From assembly GCF_000315625.1 (NCBI RefSeq), contig NW_005434554.1, positions 1 to 60,212 of the forward strand: a stretch of DNA of 60,212 nt, written 5' to 3'. Of the stretch, positions 38,412 through 50,073 are shown one piece after another. Origin of the DNA: Guillardia theta CCMP2712. Its lineage: Eukaryota; Protista; Cryptophyta. Position numbers and translations under genes: made by a program. Position 1 is the first letter of the stretch. Each line of letters opens with the position of its first letter. Under the pieces are notes generated by a model, which was not told where the DNA came from, did not search any database, and saw nothing but the letters and a program-made list of their open reading frames with translations.

Positions 38412-39551
38412 TCAGCGACTCTGAGAGTTCATGTGTGTCTTAGTGCCAAGTAAGTGATGACAACAGCTTGTGTGATTTACAGCCTCGTACTCAAAGTTAA
38501 CTTAAAAATCAGTACGAGGACAACTTGATCAAGAGAAAAGAGGAGAGTCGATAGTGCACAACGGTCACGAGTCGATTTTTCGCTCAGGCCAGCGGCTTGT
38601 TCCGCGGCGGAACAGTCATGGTGAGACTCGTAGCCGAGGCCCGGGCTGTGGCCCTTGACTCCTCGGAGAGACTCAGAGCCGGGGCCCGGCCTGGGCTGTG
38701 GCCCTTCAATGAACACTCGGAGAGAGCCGGGGCCGGGCCGGGCCGGGCCGGGCGCCGCCGCATCCGATGATCCAACAGGCACCAGTCAACCCCACCCCCA
38801 CCCCGTCAAAGCAACACCAAAACTACCAGTACCACCCTTCAAATCCGAATCTCGTACCCCACCCCCTGAAAATTTGAACTTCTTATGATCTGAGAAGGGG
38901 TACTGGATTGGTGAGAAAGCGGGGGTCTAAAACGAGGACATTAGGTAGGGTACTTTTGAAATAGTACGGGTAGATTGTAGGAAATTTGGGGGTGAGGGTA
39001 CGTTTATGGCTTTGAAAAGGGGGGTAGGGTGAGTAGGGTCTGTTGGAATTCAATTCAAGTGATCGATGCAGAGGGGGAGGAGTATGGCAAAAGGGGAGGG
39101 AGAAGAGGCTTGCGATCGGATCCAACACCTGCACTCCATGAAATTTTCATGACTGTTACAATCGACACCATCTTATCCCTGTTCCTGTTTGTGAAATGTG
39201 AGATTTCGGCTCTCCAGAGCGCACGATGTCTTTGCACGCCTGGCACGCCTTTGAAAGCGTCAAGGAGAATACGAGTAGGAGCAGACCATGTTATTGCAGA
39301 AATATGTACTTGTGTTGAAAAGCCTGGTCTTGATGATGACAAAGGAAGAGAAGAAAATGATAGGGTCATATTCACAAGGAAATATTTAGCTTGCGAATAT
39401 TGTTTCATCGAACGACTTGTGATTGACCTTTTCCCCGTCGGGTTGATAACTTGAACCGTTCCCTTTGATCTTCACAATTTCTTTTGATGACCTGATGGAT
39501 GTTTCGTTGATTATTAACCTTCAGGGTCTAGCAAGTCGACAAGTTTCGACA

Positions 39552-41217
39552 ATGCCACAGGTCATTCTTTCCGGACCGCAATTTTCTTCTTAGTTTATTT
39601 CAGGCACCGATGGATGAGAGGGTAGGAACGAAGCGCAGGGCCCTTCAGGCTGTCGACATGAATCGTGGGATTCGCAATGTCAGGCAGAAGGGCAAGGTTC
39701 GTTGCCACAGGACTTCAGTGCGTTTGCCTGAAAGATTTGTAGGGTGAGGCTGATGTGGTTTCCTGTGAAGACAAGGTCTCTCAGAGAGAGCTTCGTCATA
39801 GAGCCCGAGTGCAAGTAAGTCGATTCCTTGATCACAATCCTAGAGAATCACTGAGATGACCTGCAGTCCAAGGGAGTGGAACCCCTGAATGCTGAGACCA
39901 CAGAATGTCCGCAAGCGAACAATGATTCCAAAGAGAGTGATGTTCAACTCAAGGAGACAGAAACGACTCAACCTGTACAAGAACAAACCGAGCGAGATGT
40001 TCAAAGTGATGCCACTGTCGATGCTGGAACCTCAGAAAAGGCAGAAGACTTGCAGCAAGTGTCGATGCAGGATTCGAAGGTCGCGGAAGAGACACCTTCC
40101 GCAGTCGTTCCGGAAGAAGCAGATCCGTCCATAACAAACGTGGAGCTGCCTGACCCTTTCGACATTGACTCCAACGACACTGGCAATCAATTTGCTGTCA
40201 CCGAATACTTGAGCGATATTCACAGAATGCTGCGAGATAATGAGGTGAAGAATTTCACTCTGGTGCCATGACCGATAACATGGATGTCCAGGAGCGTTGT
40301 ATAATTGATCATACCTACATGAATCGACAACCAGATATCAACGCAAGGATGAGAGTCATCTTGAATGATTGGTTGATCGAGGTTCATTTGAAGTTCAAGC
40401 TACGCCAAGAAACTCTCTACCTCTGCTTCCAGCTCATCGACCGATTTCTAGAGCGCAACACTGTTCCAAGACAATCTCTGCAGGTTTGAATTCGTGAAGA
40501 ATGCTTCCTTGCCCTGCTTTCCACTCACTTCAGTGCCAGCTCGTTGGAGTCACTGGCTTAATGCTTGCTAGCAAGTACGAGGAGATCTATCCGCCGGAGA
40601 TCAGAGACTATGTCTACATCTGCGATAATGCTTACACCAGAGATCAGATTCTGAAGATGGAGCAGACAATGTTGGATAAGTTGAACTACACCCTCTCGTT
40701 GCCAACTTGCTGGTCCTGGATGAAACGATTTGCGAAGGCTGCTCACAAGGAGAATGACCTGGAGTTCTTTCATCTACTCTCTTACATGATCGAGTTGTCA
40801 TATTTTCAGATGAAGATGTTGTCATACAGGCCTTCAATGCTTGTTGCGGCATCTGTTTGTTTCGCAAAGAAGGTTTGCTTTGAAATTTGCCTGAACGTTT
40901 GTGACAATCTTTCAGATGTTGAAGGAAGATCCTGAGTGGAGTGAGGTTTTGCAGCATCACACCGGATACGAAATGGAGAATATGGTGATCTAATGATCCT
41001 TCCTTCATCGTTCACTGACTTGTACATCAGAAACAATGCATGAACGACTTGAGGGGTCTCATCCTGCAGGCAAAGAACGAAACCCAATACAAAGCAGTAT
41101 ACAAGAAGTTCTCTCACTCCAAATACAGTCAGGTTCATTGTACACTGACTTGTACCGTTGGTCTTGACAACAACGCAGGTGACAAGGCACTCCGTTGATC
41201 ACATCCAAGAGATGTAG
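39552..41217 (+). CDS. CYCB: B-type mitotic cyclin
   Basis: D-box RRALQAVDMN; cyclin box YMNRQPDINARMRVILNDWLIEVHLKFKLRQETLYL and QLVGVTGLMLASKYEEIYPPEIRDYVYICDNAYT; C-terminal AVYKKFS. Confidence 0.93.
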
Positions 41218-41240
41218 AGATGGGAATCCCTTCTCAATCT

Positions 41241-41835
41241 CTAGTCGCTGTCAACTTGTAACATTCCCTTGGATGATTTCGCATCTTCTTTCTTCTCCCT
41301 CCCCTTGGACTTGAGGTTGTTGGCGATCATGAAAGATTCGATGCTCTCTGTAAGAGATGGGTTGCGTCTCGCGCACAACCGAACCTGTGAATGATTGATA
41401 AGTCTCACTGAACAAACACTCAAGTGCGAATAAAGACACAAGAAGTACATCTTCTATCTGTACCACACTCCTCTTGGCATGCTTCGCAAACATGATCATG
41501 TCTGAAGGCTCAGTATTAATTGTGGAACTGATAGATCGGCAATGAAGACCTCTTTCCATCTCGTCCATATATCCTTCTGTAAGCTCCATCACGTACTTGA
41601 TGACTTCGGCTGGTACTTCCACCCCTTTCTCCTGCGCTTCTCACCGGCAGAAGTCAAACAAAAACGAAGATGAACAGGACGAAGTTGTCATCGGCGACAA
41701 ATTCTCACCTACTTCATGTGAAATCCGAGAGACCAGGTAGTTCAAGTCTGTGAGATCTTCCTCTTCGTCATCGTCCCCCCTCTCCCTGTTCTTCTCTCTC
41801 GTCTCCTCCATGTCCTCTGCCCTTCGCTCTGCCAT
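41241..41835 (-). CDS. CENPS: CENP-S / MHF1 histone-fold protein
   Basis: LNYLVSRISHEV, VIKYVMELT and DMIMFAKHAKRSVVQIEDV|RLCARRNPSL match the CENP-S signature FA(R/K)HAKR...DV.L.ARR..SL. Confidence 0.88.
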
Positions 41836-42069
41836 AATGGCGAAAGAAATGATCTAGAGCTGTGACAGATTTCTTCTAGAGTTGTTCTAGATTTAGGATG
41901 TCAGTCCGGCTATGAGCTTGTCTGACGGAAGACAAGTGTACTACTCTCTTTACTCAAAGTTAAGTTAAATCACTGAGAATTTGTATCTTCGTCCTACTCG
42001 GAAGGTGTTCTAGAAGTTGTTCTAGACTTCACGATATGTTCTAGACTGTTCGGGTCAAAGTCGTCGAAA

Positions 42070-43228
42070 ATGCGCGATGGCAAGGACTGGCGAAGCATCG
42101 AGGTGAGAGAAAGGAAAGGAGGAAAAGAGATCAGACTCTGAGAGGAGGGGGAAAATTTCTCAGGAGACCCTTGGGAGTTATATCACTTGATGATGAGATT
42201 GGAAAAATTGTTTGGAATTGTGTTTGTTGTTTCCCTGAATGAACATTCTTGTTCTCCAGAGAGCCAGAGAGCGTCAGCAGGAGGTTGCTCGACGTGTGCT
42301 GTCGAAGCGAGCCACATCTCCGGTGAGATCGTACCAAAAGTTGCAGCACGCGTTCGCTGATTGTGTTGGATCGAATGCAGTCAAAGATTCCCATGGATCA
42401 GCGAAGCGCATTCCACGATGCGAGGGAGGTCTTGAACGATCTTCGGAGTGAGTACTCACTGTCTCTTTGTTCTAGCTCTTCACCATCCATAGTATCACAG
42501 TGCTGATGATCGTCTCTATTCGATAGACTTTGGCATTCTTCTCGGTATCGATCAATGGAGTCTCACAACAAGTCTGTGGGTCACTGGAATTGTGCAAGTG
42601 ACAGCATTTTCCTTGTTGATCTCCAGCAGCTGGGTGCTTCCATGGATCATTCCCACGAGTACTGTAGGATTCGTCATGTCTATCGCCATGTTCCTGTGGT
42701 ACATGAGGGAGCAGAACGAAACGGCCATCATTATCTACGTATGCCTCTGCGTTTGCATCTTTTTCATCGCGTTGGCAGATGTACTTTCTTCTCTTCATTC
42801 TGACCTGGCTGTGGATAATTTTGTGCGGCAGATCATCGTGGTCAGGAATCATGCTCATTTGCCTGAGTGTAGTTCGTCTTATCAGATCATAGCGCCAGCT
42901 ATTGTGATGTTCGTGGAGCTCATTGCAAGCTTGGTCGCAATTTACATATGTGTATTCAAGACAACGTCTGTTGTTGAAACGCACATCATTGAACTAACAT
43001 TGTTTGCAGGTACATTCCTCGAAAACACAAATCAAAACTTACTTTCAGACGGCACATCAAGCGAATATATGACAGCGTCATGCAGGTTTTCCCTTTATTT
43101 GTTTTTCTTTGTTGCCTGACTTCTTCGGCAGGGCATGATGTCTAGGGTAAAGAGATTTCAGAATCGATTTGAAAGTCAAGAGTACAAGGAGTACAAACAA
43201 ATCGCAGCACGAAACATCACTTGGCTGA
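42070..43228 (+). CDS. Hypothetical small multi-pass membrane protein with many short introns
   Basis: MRDGKDWRSIE|GT start; hydrophobic exons WVLPWIIPTSTVGFVMSIAMFLWY, AIIIYVCLCVCIFFIALAD and IIAPAIVMFVELIASLVAIY. Confidence 0.6.
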
Positions 43229-43239
43229 ACGGCAGGTGA

Positions 43240-44400
43240 TTGTGAGTGATCAAAATCTAATGGCAGCTCATGGAATCCATCAGATTCGACCGAACTCTTG
43301 AGATTGTTGTTGACATCTACCAGAAATTCAAAACATTTTTCTCCGATGTAAGTTATTTTTCCGTTAAAGTCGTATTCGGCATGTTGGTGAAGTGTTTGCA
43401 AAGGCACTGAGAGAAGCAGCAATTGAGGAGGTTGTTCTCCCCAGCTCGAAGGATGGAAGTTCAAGCAAAGACAATGAAGACGAAGGATTGGATGAATGAC
43501 CAGGGTTGGCAGCATTCTCTGATTTATTCAATCTCGCTTTTGATCTTCTCGTTTTCGATTTATTCTTTCAATGTTACAAGTGATGATTGTCCTGTCGACG
43601 TCAACGTGTACAGACAGAGTCTCAGCAATGTGATTGCATTTTAAAGTACTCTAAGCTAAATAGGTTTTCTCATTCTCAAAATACAGCATTCCAAGTGAAT
43701 CACTCGAGGCGCTAGTGGTCCAATCTCACTACCTTAGTGACATTTTCAGGATATCCCATGATCTTCTGCACATTCTTCCAATGCTCCAGCACTTTACATG
43801 AATCTATCACAATGTTCAGAGTCGATAAAGACTGACGGCAGGCAAACCTGCCATGGACTTGTTGATTTGTGCAAAATCACGATTCATCTCCTCGAAGGTA
43901 TTTGCGAGATCCCTGTTGATAGTCAATCAGAGGCATGTTTTACATTGATGCAGAGATTGCCTTGTTTGCTGCTCAAGTATCTTTAATTCGATAACTTCAT
44001 TCTCCTTCTCCGCAAGATAATGTTCGTATCCCATCTTGAAAACTGAAAAGCAACAATCAAAAGTGCAAATCAGGAAGACAGGATAAGGTATAACAATTCT
44101 CGAGATCGCGACTGTCAAAGTAGTTAGGTCAGCAAGTTTGACTGATAATGTGTTTGTTCCTATCATTTTCTCTCATGCCTCTGAGCCAAGCAATCCATTC
44201 TTCCACTATTTCAACCTTACGTTCTGTGAGGTCTGTGTTCTCTGCAGGTTGGTGAGGAAGTTGCAGACCTGTCACAACATCTGGTCTATCTTTCACATCA
44301 TCTGGTCTATCTTTCACATCATCTGGTCTATCTTTCACAACATCTGGTCTATCTTCCACATCATCTGGTCTATCTTTCACATCATCTGGTCTATCTTTCT
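43240..44400 (-). CDS. Hypothetical protein with KDRPDDV heptad repeats near its 5' end; boundaries uncertain
   Basis: Protein-like minus-strand exons (KVEIVEEWIAWLRG, FKMGYEHYLAEKENEVIELK, HAEYDFNGKITYIGEKC). Confidence 0.45.
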
Positions 44401-44537
44401 CCCATTCTTCTTGTCTGAGCTCTTCTCAGCCTATCACGCCCTTCCTAGCCCTATCTGGTCTATCTTTCACATCATCTGGTCCATCTTTCTCCCATTCTTC
44501 TTTGTCTGAGCTCTTCTCAGCCTATCACGCCCTTCCT
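44270..44537. repeat. 21-bp tandem repeat nested in a larger duplication
   Basis: CACATCATCTGGTCTATCTTT occurs about 6 times plus 2 more; CCCATTCTTC(T)TTGTCTGAGCTCTTCTCAGCCTATCACGCCCTTCCT occurs twice. Confidence 0.9.
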
Positions 44538-44969
44538 TTGCCCTGCTTCCTTGCACGCCATTCACGCCGACATTTGAACTCACAGTCATGGCCCTCATCC
44601 CCTTGCAACCGGGCCCGGGGGACGGGGGCTGGGACGGGGGGGCAGACGTGGGGGACGCTAGGGCCCGGGCCTGCTCGTCGGCCCGGCAGCCGCTGGGGCC
44701 GGCCCTCGCGGCACCCGCCGGGTTAAGAACCCAAAGAACCCGGTGGCAGCTTTTACTCACAGTCGAGTTACTCAGCCTGTAGAGTGGCTCAAAGTTCAAG
44801 TTAAAAATCAGTACAGCGCCGGAGTATGGTCCGAGTCGGCCGTGGCCTAAGTGGCGGGCCGCGCGGCCGCACAAAGCCCGGCCCGGGCGCACTCGGACCG
44901 CGCGGTGACCCAGCGCCTCGGCCTTCCCGCCAAAAAAGTTTGTGGAACTTGCGCGCCACCGAGACTGGA

Positions 44970-46180
44970 ATGGCGGCCTGGGCTGATCAGACGCGGGAGT
45001 TTCGTAATGCGATCCTTGCCTTGACAGACGAGAAGCAAAAAGAAGAGGTCAGTGAAAGTTTTCTGCAGCATAGCTGTACGTTGAAAGGATTTGTTTTCTC
45101 AGGTACGGCATAACACTACAAAACAAGAACTTGCAAATCTCGTGGCAGAATTCGAAAAGGAAAAAGAGCAGAACACATATCTAAAGGCAAGCTTTTTGAG
45201 CTCTCACGTCAAAATACAACACACTAATGGCGCAAATGGCATCTTTTTCTTGACTTTTTCCAATCGGCAGGAACAGCTAGCACTCGCAAGTGCTGCTGCT
45301 TTGACAGCACAATCGAAAGTAGAGAACCTTGAAAGGAATGAAAGTGCACTTCGCATTGTACGTTCACTTGAAATCATCTTGACATAACAATGAGCAAAAT
45401 TCAAAGGCCTTGAAAAGAAATGAAGAAAAATTGAAAGAGATCAAAGAGAATCAATCAGAAGGTCAGATACAAGTCTGGGGGATTTTGAGAAATGTTCATT
45501 TGACCTCTTGTTATGCAGAAAGGATCAAGCTCATTGAGCGATATGACAAACTCATCAAAATGTGGGGAGGTCAAGAAGTGGTAGACCAAGATCATTCGAT
45601 TGTGAAAAACTCAGAGAAAGATGATACTCTGAGCTCCAAGAACGAAAGTGACAGGTTCCTCTTCGATTTGCACCATCATTCGATATTTCTTGCATCAAAT
45701 CATGATTTATCCGCAATTAATCAACTTCTCGCAGCCAGCTAGCTTACCGTGATGAGCAAAAGATATCAGAAGAATCTGACTCCACAAACAAGCTGGAGAT
45801 GGTCTTTTTGCCTCTAACCCGGTAGAGGTGTATCTTGACAACAAGGTTGCATGCAGGCAGAGAAAGAAATTGAAATTGAACGTTTAACCAAGAAAAACGA
45901 GACGCTCCTCTCAGAGTTCAATCAAGCCATGCAGTCATCGTACTACATCGTGCAGGGTTGCTTATCACTCTCAAAAGAAATAGAAGAAAAAAATCCCGAA
46001 GTATTCGCGGTATGCTTTTCCCAGGATTCTCCATGCCCATGGACAGGTATTGATTTTCCTTTGTATGCGTGTGACTGTGACCATGCCGCAGAGTTCAACA
46101 TGGAAGAAAATATCTCCATGATAAGCCACCTTTTGACAACCCATGGATTCTTACAAGTGGAAGAGGAAACTGGCTCTTGA
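44970..46180 (+). CDS. Hypothetical coiled-coil protein
   Basis: Exons MAAWADQTREFRNAIL, KQELANLVAEFEKEKE, SKVENLERNESALR and EKEIEIERLTKKNETLL, separated by introns of about 50 nt. Confidence 0.65.
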
Positions 46181-46292
46181 GTCTTGAAGCACAGGTTTTC
46201 AGTCTCACTTGCATTTCAGTTCTTGTTTTGACTTCCTAAATGTTGAGCGTCATGTTAAGTGCATATCCGTCGCCCTCTGGTTTTAGACTGCT

Positions 46293-46873
46293 CTAGATAA
46301 TTCTAAACTTCATTGTCTTTTATTCCCAATAATTCAATCTCGTAGATCAAATCTGCGTTTGGTGGAATTGGACCTCCCGGGGTACCAACATAGCTGCCAA
46401 AACCATGAGTAAAGAAAACCCACAAAATTCTGCAAGCGCTTCACAAACCTGTATGCAAGCTTTGCCGGGACGAATAGTCTCCGGATTTCTCCTACCGTCA
46501 TCCCTCTAACACCCATGTCCCAACCCTTGATGACCCTCCCTCGCCCAAGGCGAAATTCAAGGTCGCCCTCGTCGAACTGCATGAGGTTTGAAGCAAGGGC
46601 CCCTTTGTAATGCACCACGACATTATAACCATCCTGTGGAAGCCACTCAGTACCTTCTGGGCCATCGAATCGTAGATGAACAATAGCATACCTCTGCACC
46701 TGGACCTTCCCCCTTCCGTAGATAATCAATCTTCAGCCCTTCATTCTCGCCTTTGGGGTCGTATATGTAACCCTTTCAAACAAGGTCAGCTATGAGCGCA
46801 AAACGATCTCGTCTACCTGGACAAGCGCTAAGCACATTATCGACAGCAGCAGCCTCTCCCTCCCTCGCCGCAT
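46293..46873 (-). CDS. FKBP-type peptidyl-prolyl isomerase with a signal peptide
   Basis: VVVHYKGAL..FD, FRLGRGRVIKGWDMGVRGMTVGEIRRLFVPAKLAY and GPIPPNADLIYEIELL; N-terminus LLLSIMCLALVQ. Confidence 0.92.
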
Positions 46874-47021
46874 GTCGCCGGTGACACCCATGGTCAAACT
46901 TGTTCGAGTTCTTTTTGCGGCACTGTGCGGACGGTATGAGTCACTGGCGCGGGCACGGTTAGAGTAATAATTTCACTTACCTTTACCCGCCCCTCGGGCT
47001 TGGTGCCTGCTTGGTGCGACC

Positions 47022-50000
47022 ATGGCGGGCAGGGCAACGTGCTTGTTCGGTGCTCAATGCAAGGTGCAGGACGAGAATTCACAGCTGCATCGATGCACAG
47101 CATGCTCCAACATGTTCCATCATGTCTGCGCGAATGAATGGAGCGAAGTCTGGAATCATTGTGGATGCAACAAACGCCAAGTGGGGAAGGAGGTGGACCG
47201 GATTCAAGGAGCTGTCCCCTCGATACCTGAGGACCGGCTGGCGCAAGCAATTGCTGGGACAAGGAATAGCGGTGAGAGTGGATCAAACTCTGCAAATGCT
47301 GGCAAGAGGTCGCGAGTTGAAGAAGAAGAAAATGACGACGACGACGACGACGACGACGACGATGACAACGACGACGGAGAGGAAGATGACGACGGGGAAG
47401 AGGAAGAGGAAGATGAGGAAGTAGATGGAGATGATCCGATGATGGAGGAGGATCAGGAAGTTCAAGAGCTGATGGAGCAGCTAGGTGCGGGCAAGGACGG
47501 CAACCTTTCGCAACGCTCGGAGTTAGCCTATTTGGGTTCTGTAGGCCAATTGATTGCTTGGCTCTACGAGAAGAAACCGGTATGCTTGTCTGCCGAGTTC
47601 AAGAGATGCATGGAGTCCGAACCAGACTATAAAGGTCCGATCACGAAGAAGATCAAGGAGCTGCTGAAACGACAGGATCTCAATCCATTTAACACAAGGA
47701 AGTTCTCACACAAACAATGGTGTTCGTACATCAAGGATGTGATGAAGAACACACGTTTGAAGCTCTCATCATTCACGTCCTTAAGATCGGGTGTCAGGTA
47801 TTTCTACAGGAGGCATCGCAAGACAAAGACATATCATAGGAAATTTGCTGCTCAAATCTCTCAATTTTACAAGATCCTTCACAACCAAAATGCTATAGAA
47901 AGGGAAGCGAATGCAGCAAAGAGAGCATCATCAGCAAAGATCCCATTACCGTTCGCGTTGTATGTCACGATGGGCGAAGCTATGCTTCCATGCAGGAGTA
48001 TGGATGTAATTGTCAGCAGAACATATCTGATTCTCAGCTGGAATTTGTCTTGCAAATCAGCCCTCACAAGTGAGATCCTATTCCAACACTTGGGCTGGAT
48101 GGATGATCATATTTGGATTCGGTTACCCGATAGCCGACCTGACCAAAACGTCGAACGGTTCGAAGCGAAGGCAATATATGCTAACCCCGCCCGCCCTCAA
48201 ATTTGTCCCTTGCTCGCACTTGGAGTTTATCTCATCAGTCACACACCAGATGGTACCAAGTTATTTGCAGGTGGAGTTAAACTAGTCACGAGTATTGTGT
48301 GACATAACCACACCTTGGCAGGTCGAAATCAGTATCATCGCTTTCTGTATTGCATTCAGAACATAATGACGGAACCTGCCCCAGAGAAAGATTCATCCGT
48401 GCAAGAACGGCCCGGCCGGGCAAGAAAGTACGATATTAGTGCCATAAGAAGGGTTGTTGGTCTTCAGATGGGCATAATGGGTATCGCGAGGGGAAGTTTG
48501 TGCTTCAGTACCATCCGCAAGGTAAGTGATTGCATGCGAACATCGAAACACTCTTCATGGAGAGCTGACACGGCAGGGTTGGCAGGGTGATTCGAATGAT
48601 GGAGGGATTGCAACAACTCAGTGTGAGTATGATGCTGCGTCGAATCTGGCAAAGAGCTCTTCTGGGCTTCCTCTTCATTCAGAGATTGTTCCCCCGCTCC
48701 CCCCAAAGTTCAGGGGAGTCGACGAGAAGACCTTGCAGATTGCAATCGAGACTTGCTTTCCGACATTACCCAAACACATGGCTGGAATCCTTGAGCATTG
48801 CCTGGCCAGCATCGTGTACCACTTCAACTACTTGAGTCTGCGGTTGGACCCTTGCCATCCTTTCTGGAGCAGTGCCTTGTTTCTGGAGCGAGGCTTGTTG
48901 GAAAAGCTCAAGGAAAAGGCATTCCTGCCCCAGACTCCGGAGGTGCCGAGGGTAAATAATGTCTGCGCTCAGAGCCAAGCTCCCCCCCCGCCTGTCGAAG
49001 TGCCCTGTGATGATCCCTCTAACCGTAATTCCTTGGACAATGTGCCCAAGGACGCAGCCTTGGTTCCTGAGCCAGAGCTGTCGGTGCAGTTGAAATCGTT
49101 GGAGAAGAAGATTGATGAACAGCGTGTTGAACTCAAGAGGATGTATAGATTGGGGATCGACGAGGTGATGAAAGAGCTGAATACTATGCACGAGCAATAC
49201 ATGCAAAAGATGCAATCAATGCAGCAGCAGATGAAACAAATGGATCAGCAGGTCAGCTGTTTGTTCAATCAGATAAACACGACACTGGAGAATCGGGAAG
49301 GTCAGGCCGTCAACCCGGAAGAGCAGGAGCAATTGCAGCGGCAGCGGCAAAACGTTGGATTCCAGCACCTGTTTCAACAGCAGCAAGAAATGCAAAGGAT
49401 GTTCCTGGAAAACAATCAGCAACATTGGCAGATTCAGAAACAAATTCTTCAGAAGCTGCAGCAAAAAGGGCAGCAGGGGAAGGGCAAGGGACGGGGGCAC
49501 GAGCAGGGTGGAAGTGCAGGGCTATCAGTGGAGCCTTCTGAGCTGAGCGCACCGTCGCAAGACTCAGAGGAATCGCAGGACGAGAGTTCAGTCAACGTGC
49601 GGTCGGAACCCATGAAGGTATCGGATGAAGCCGGAGTCATGATGAACGCCTGGACCCTCTGGCACTGCGGAAACCATCACAAAAGTCTGCCTCCTATGAA
49701 GAACTGGAAGGCGGCGCAGCTGTCAAGCCGGGCGGAGAGCAGGAGGCTGTCGGACATGAGGTACCTGATGAAGAACTTCCATCAGTTCATCAAGAGGAGC
49801 ATCCTTGATAGCCCCTTGCACGAGTTCACCAAGAGCTTGGAGCTGGATCAGTTGAAAGCTTTCATTGACGGCGCCCCGTCGCTGCAGGAGGCGAATGCTC
49901 TGTTCAAGAAACATTCTGACAGGTTCCTGTCATGGACGGAGCGCGGAGAGGCCAATGAGAGCTATAGCGAGCGGAGTGGGCAGCTTTCATGGATAACCTA

Positions 50001-50073
50001 CGTCAAGAAACTGCGGGTGAAGGAGAAAACAAGCCCTCAGGAGATGGAGTGGTTGTGGAAGAGTGAGGGTTGA
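47022..50073 (+). CDS. Crypton (tyrosine-recombinase transposon)-derived protein: N-terminal Cys/His finger, degenerate YR domain, Q-rich coiled coil, GCR1_C-like end; about 981 aa
   Basis: Introns 48271-48321 and 48522-48576 join three ORFs in frame. Motifs IPLPFALY, LILSWNLSCK, HLGWMDD, PDQ, IYANPARPQICPLLALGVYL, LFAGRNQYHRF, SGLPL...LPPKF, CLASIVYH and AWTLWHCGN..LPPMK..RRLSDMRYLM follow the order I recall for protist/fungal Crypton proteins. Confidence 0.78.

Noticed and set aside
47022-50073. Active autonomous transposon or prophage integrase
   Set aside because: Catalytic residues appear substituted, no terminal repeats are seen, and the flanks are ordinary host genes.
41241-50073. Functional centromere gene cluster (CENP-S plus Ndc10-like protein)
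   Set aside because: Four unrelated genes intervene, and proximity alone is weak evidence in a eukaryote.
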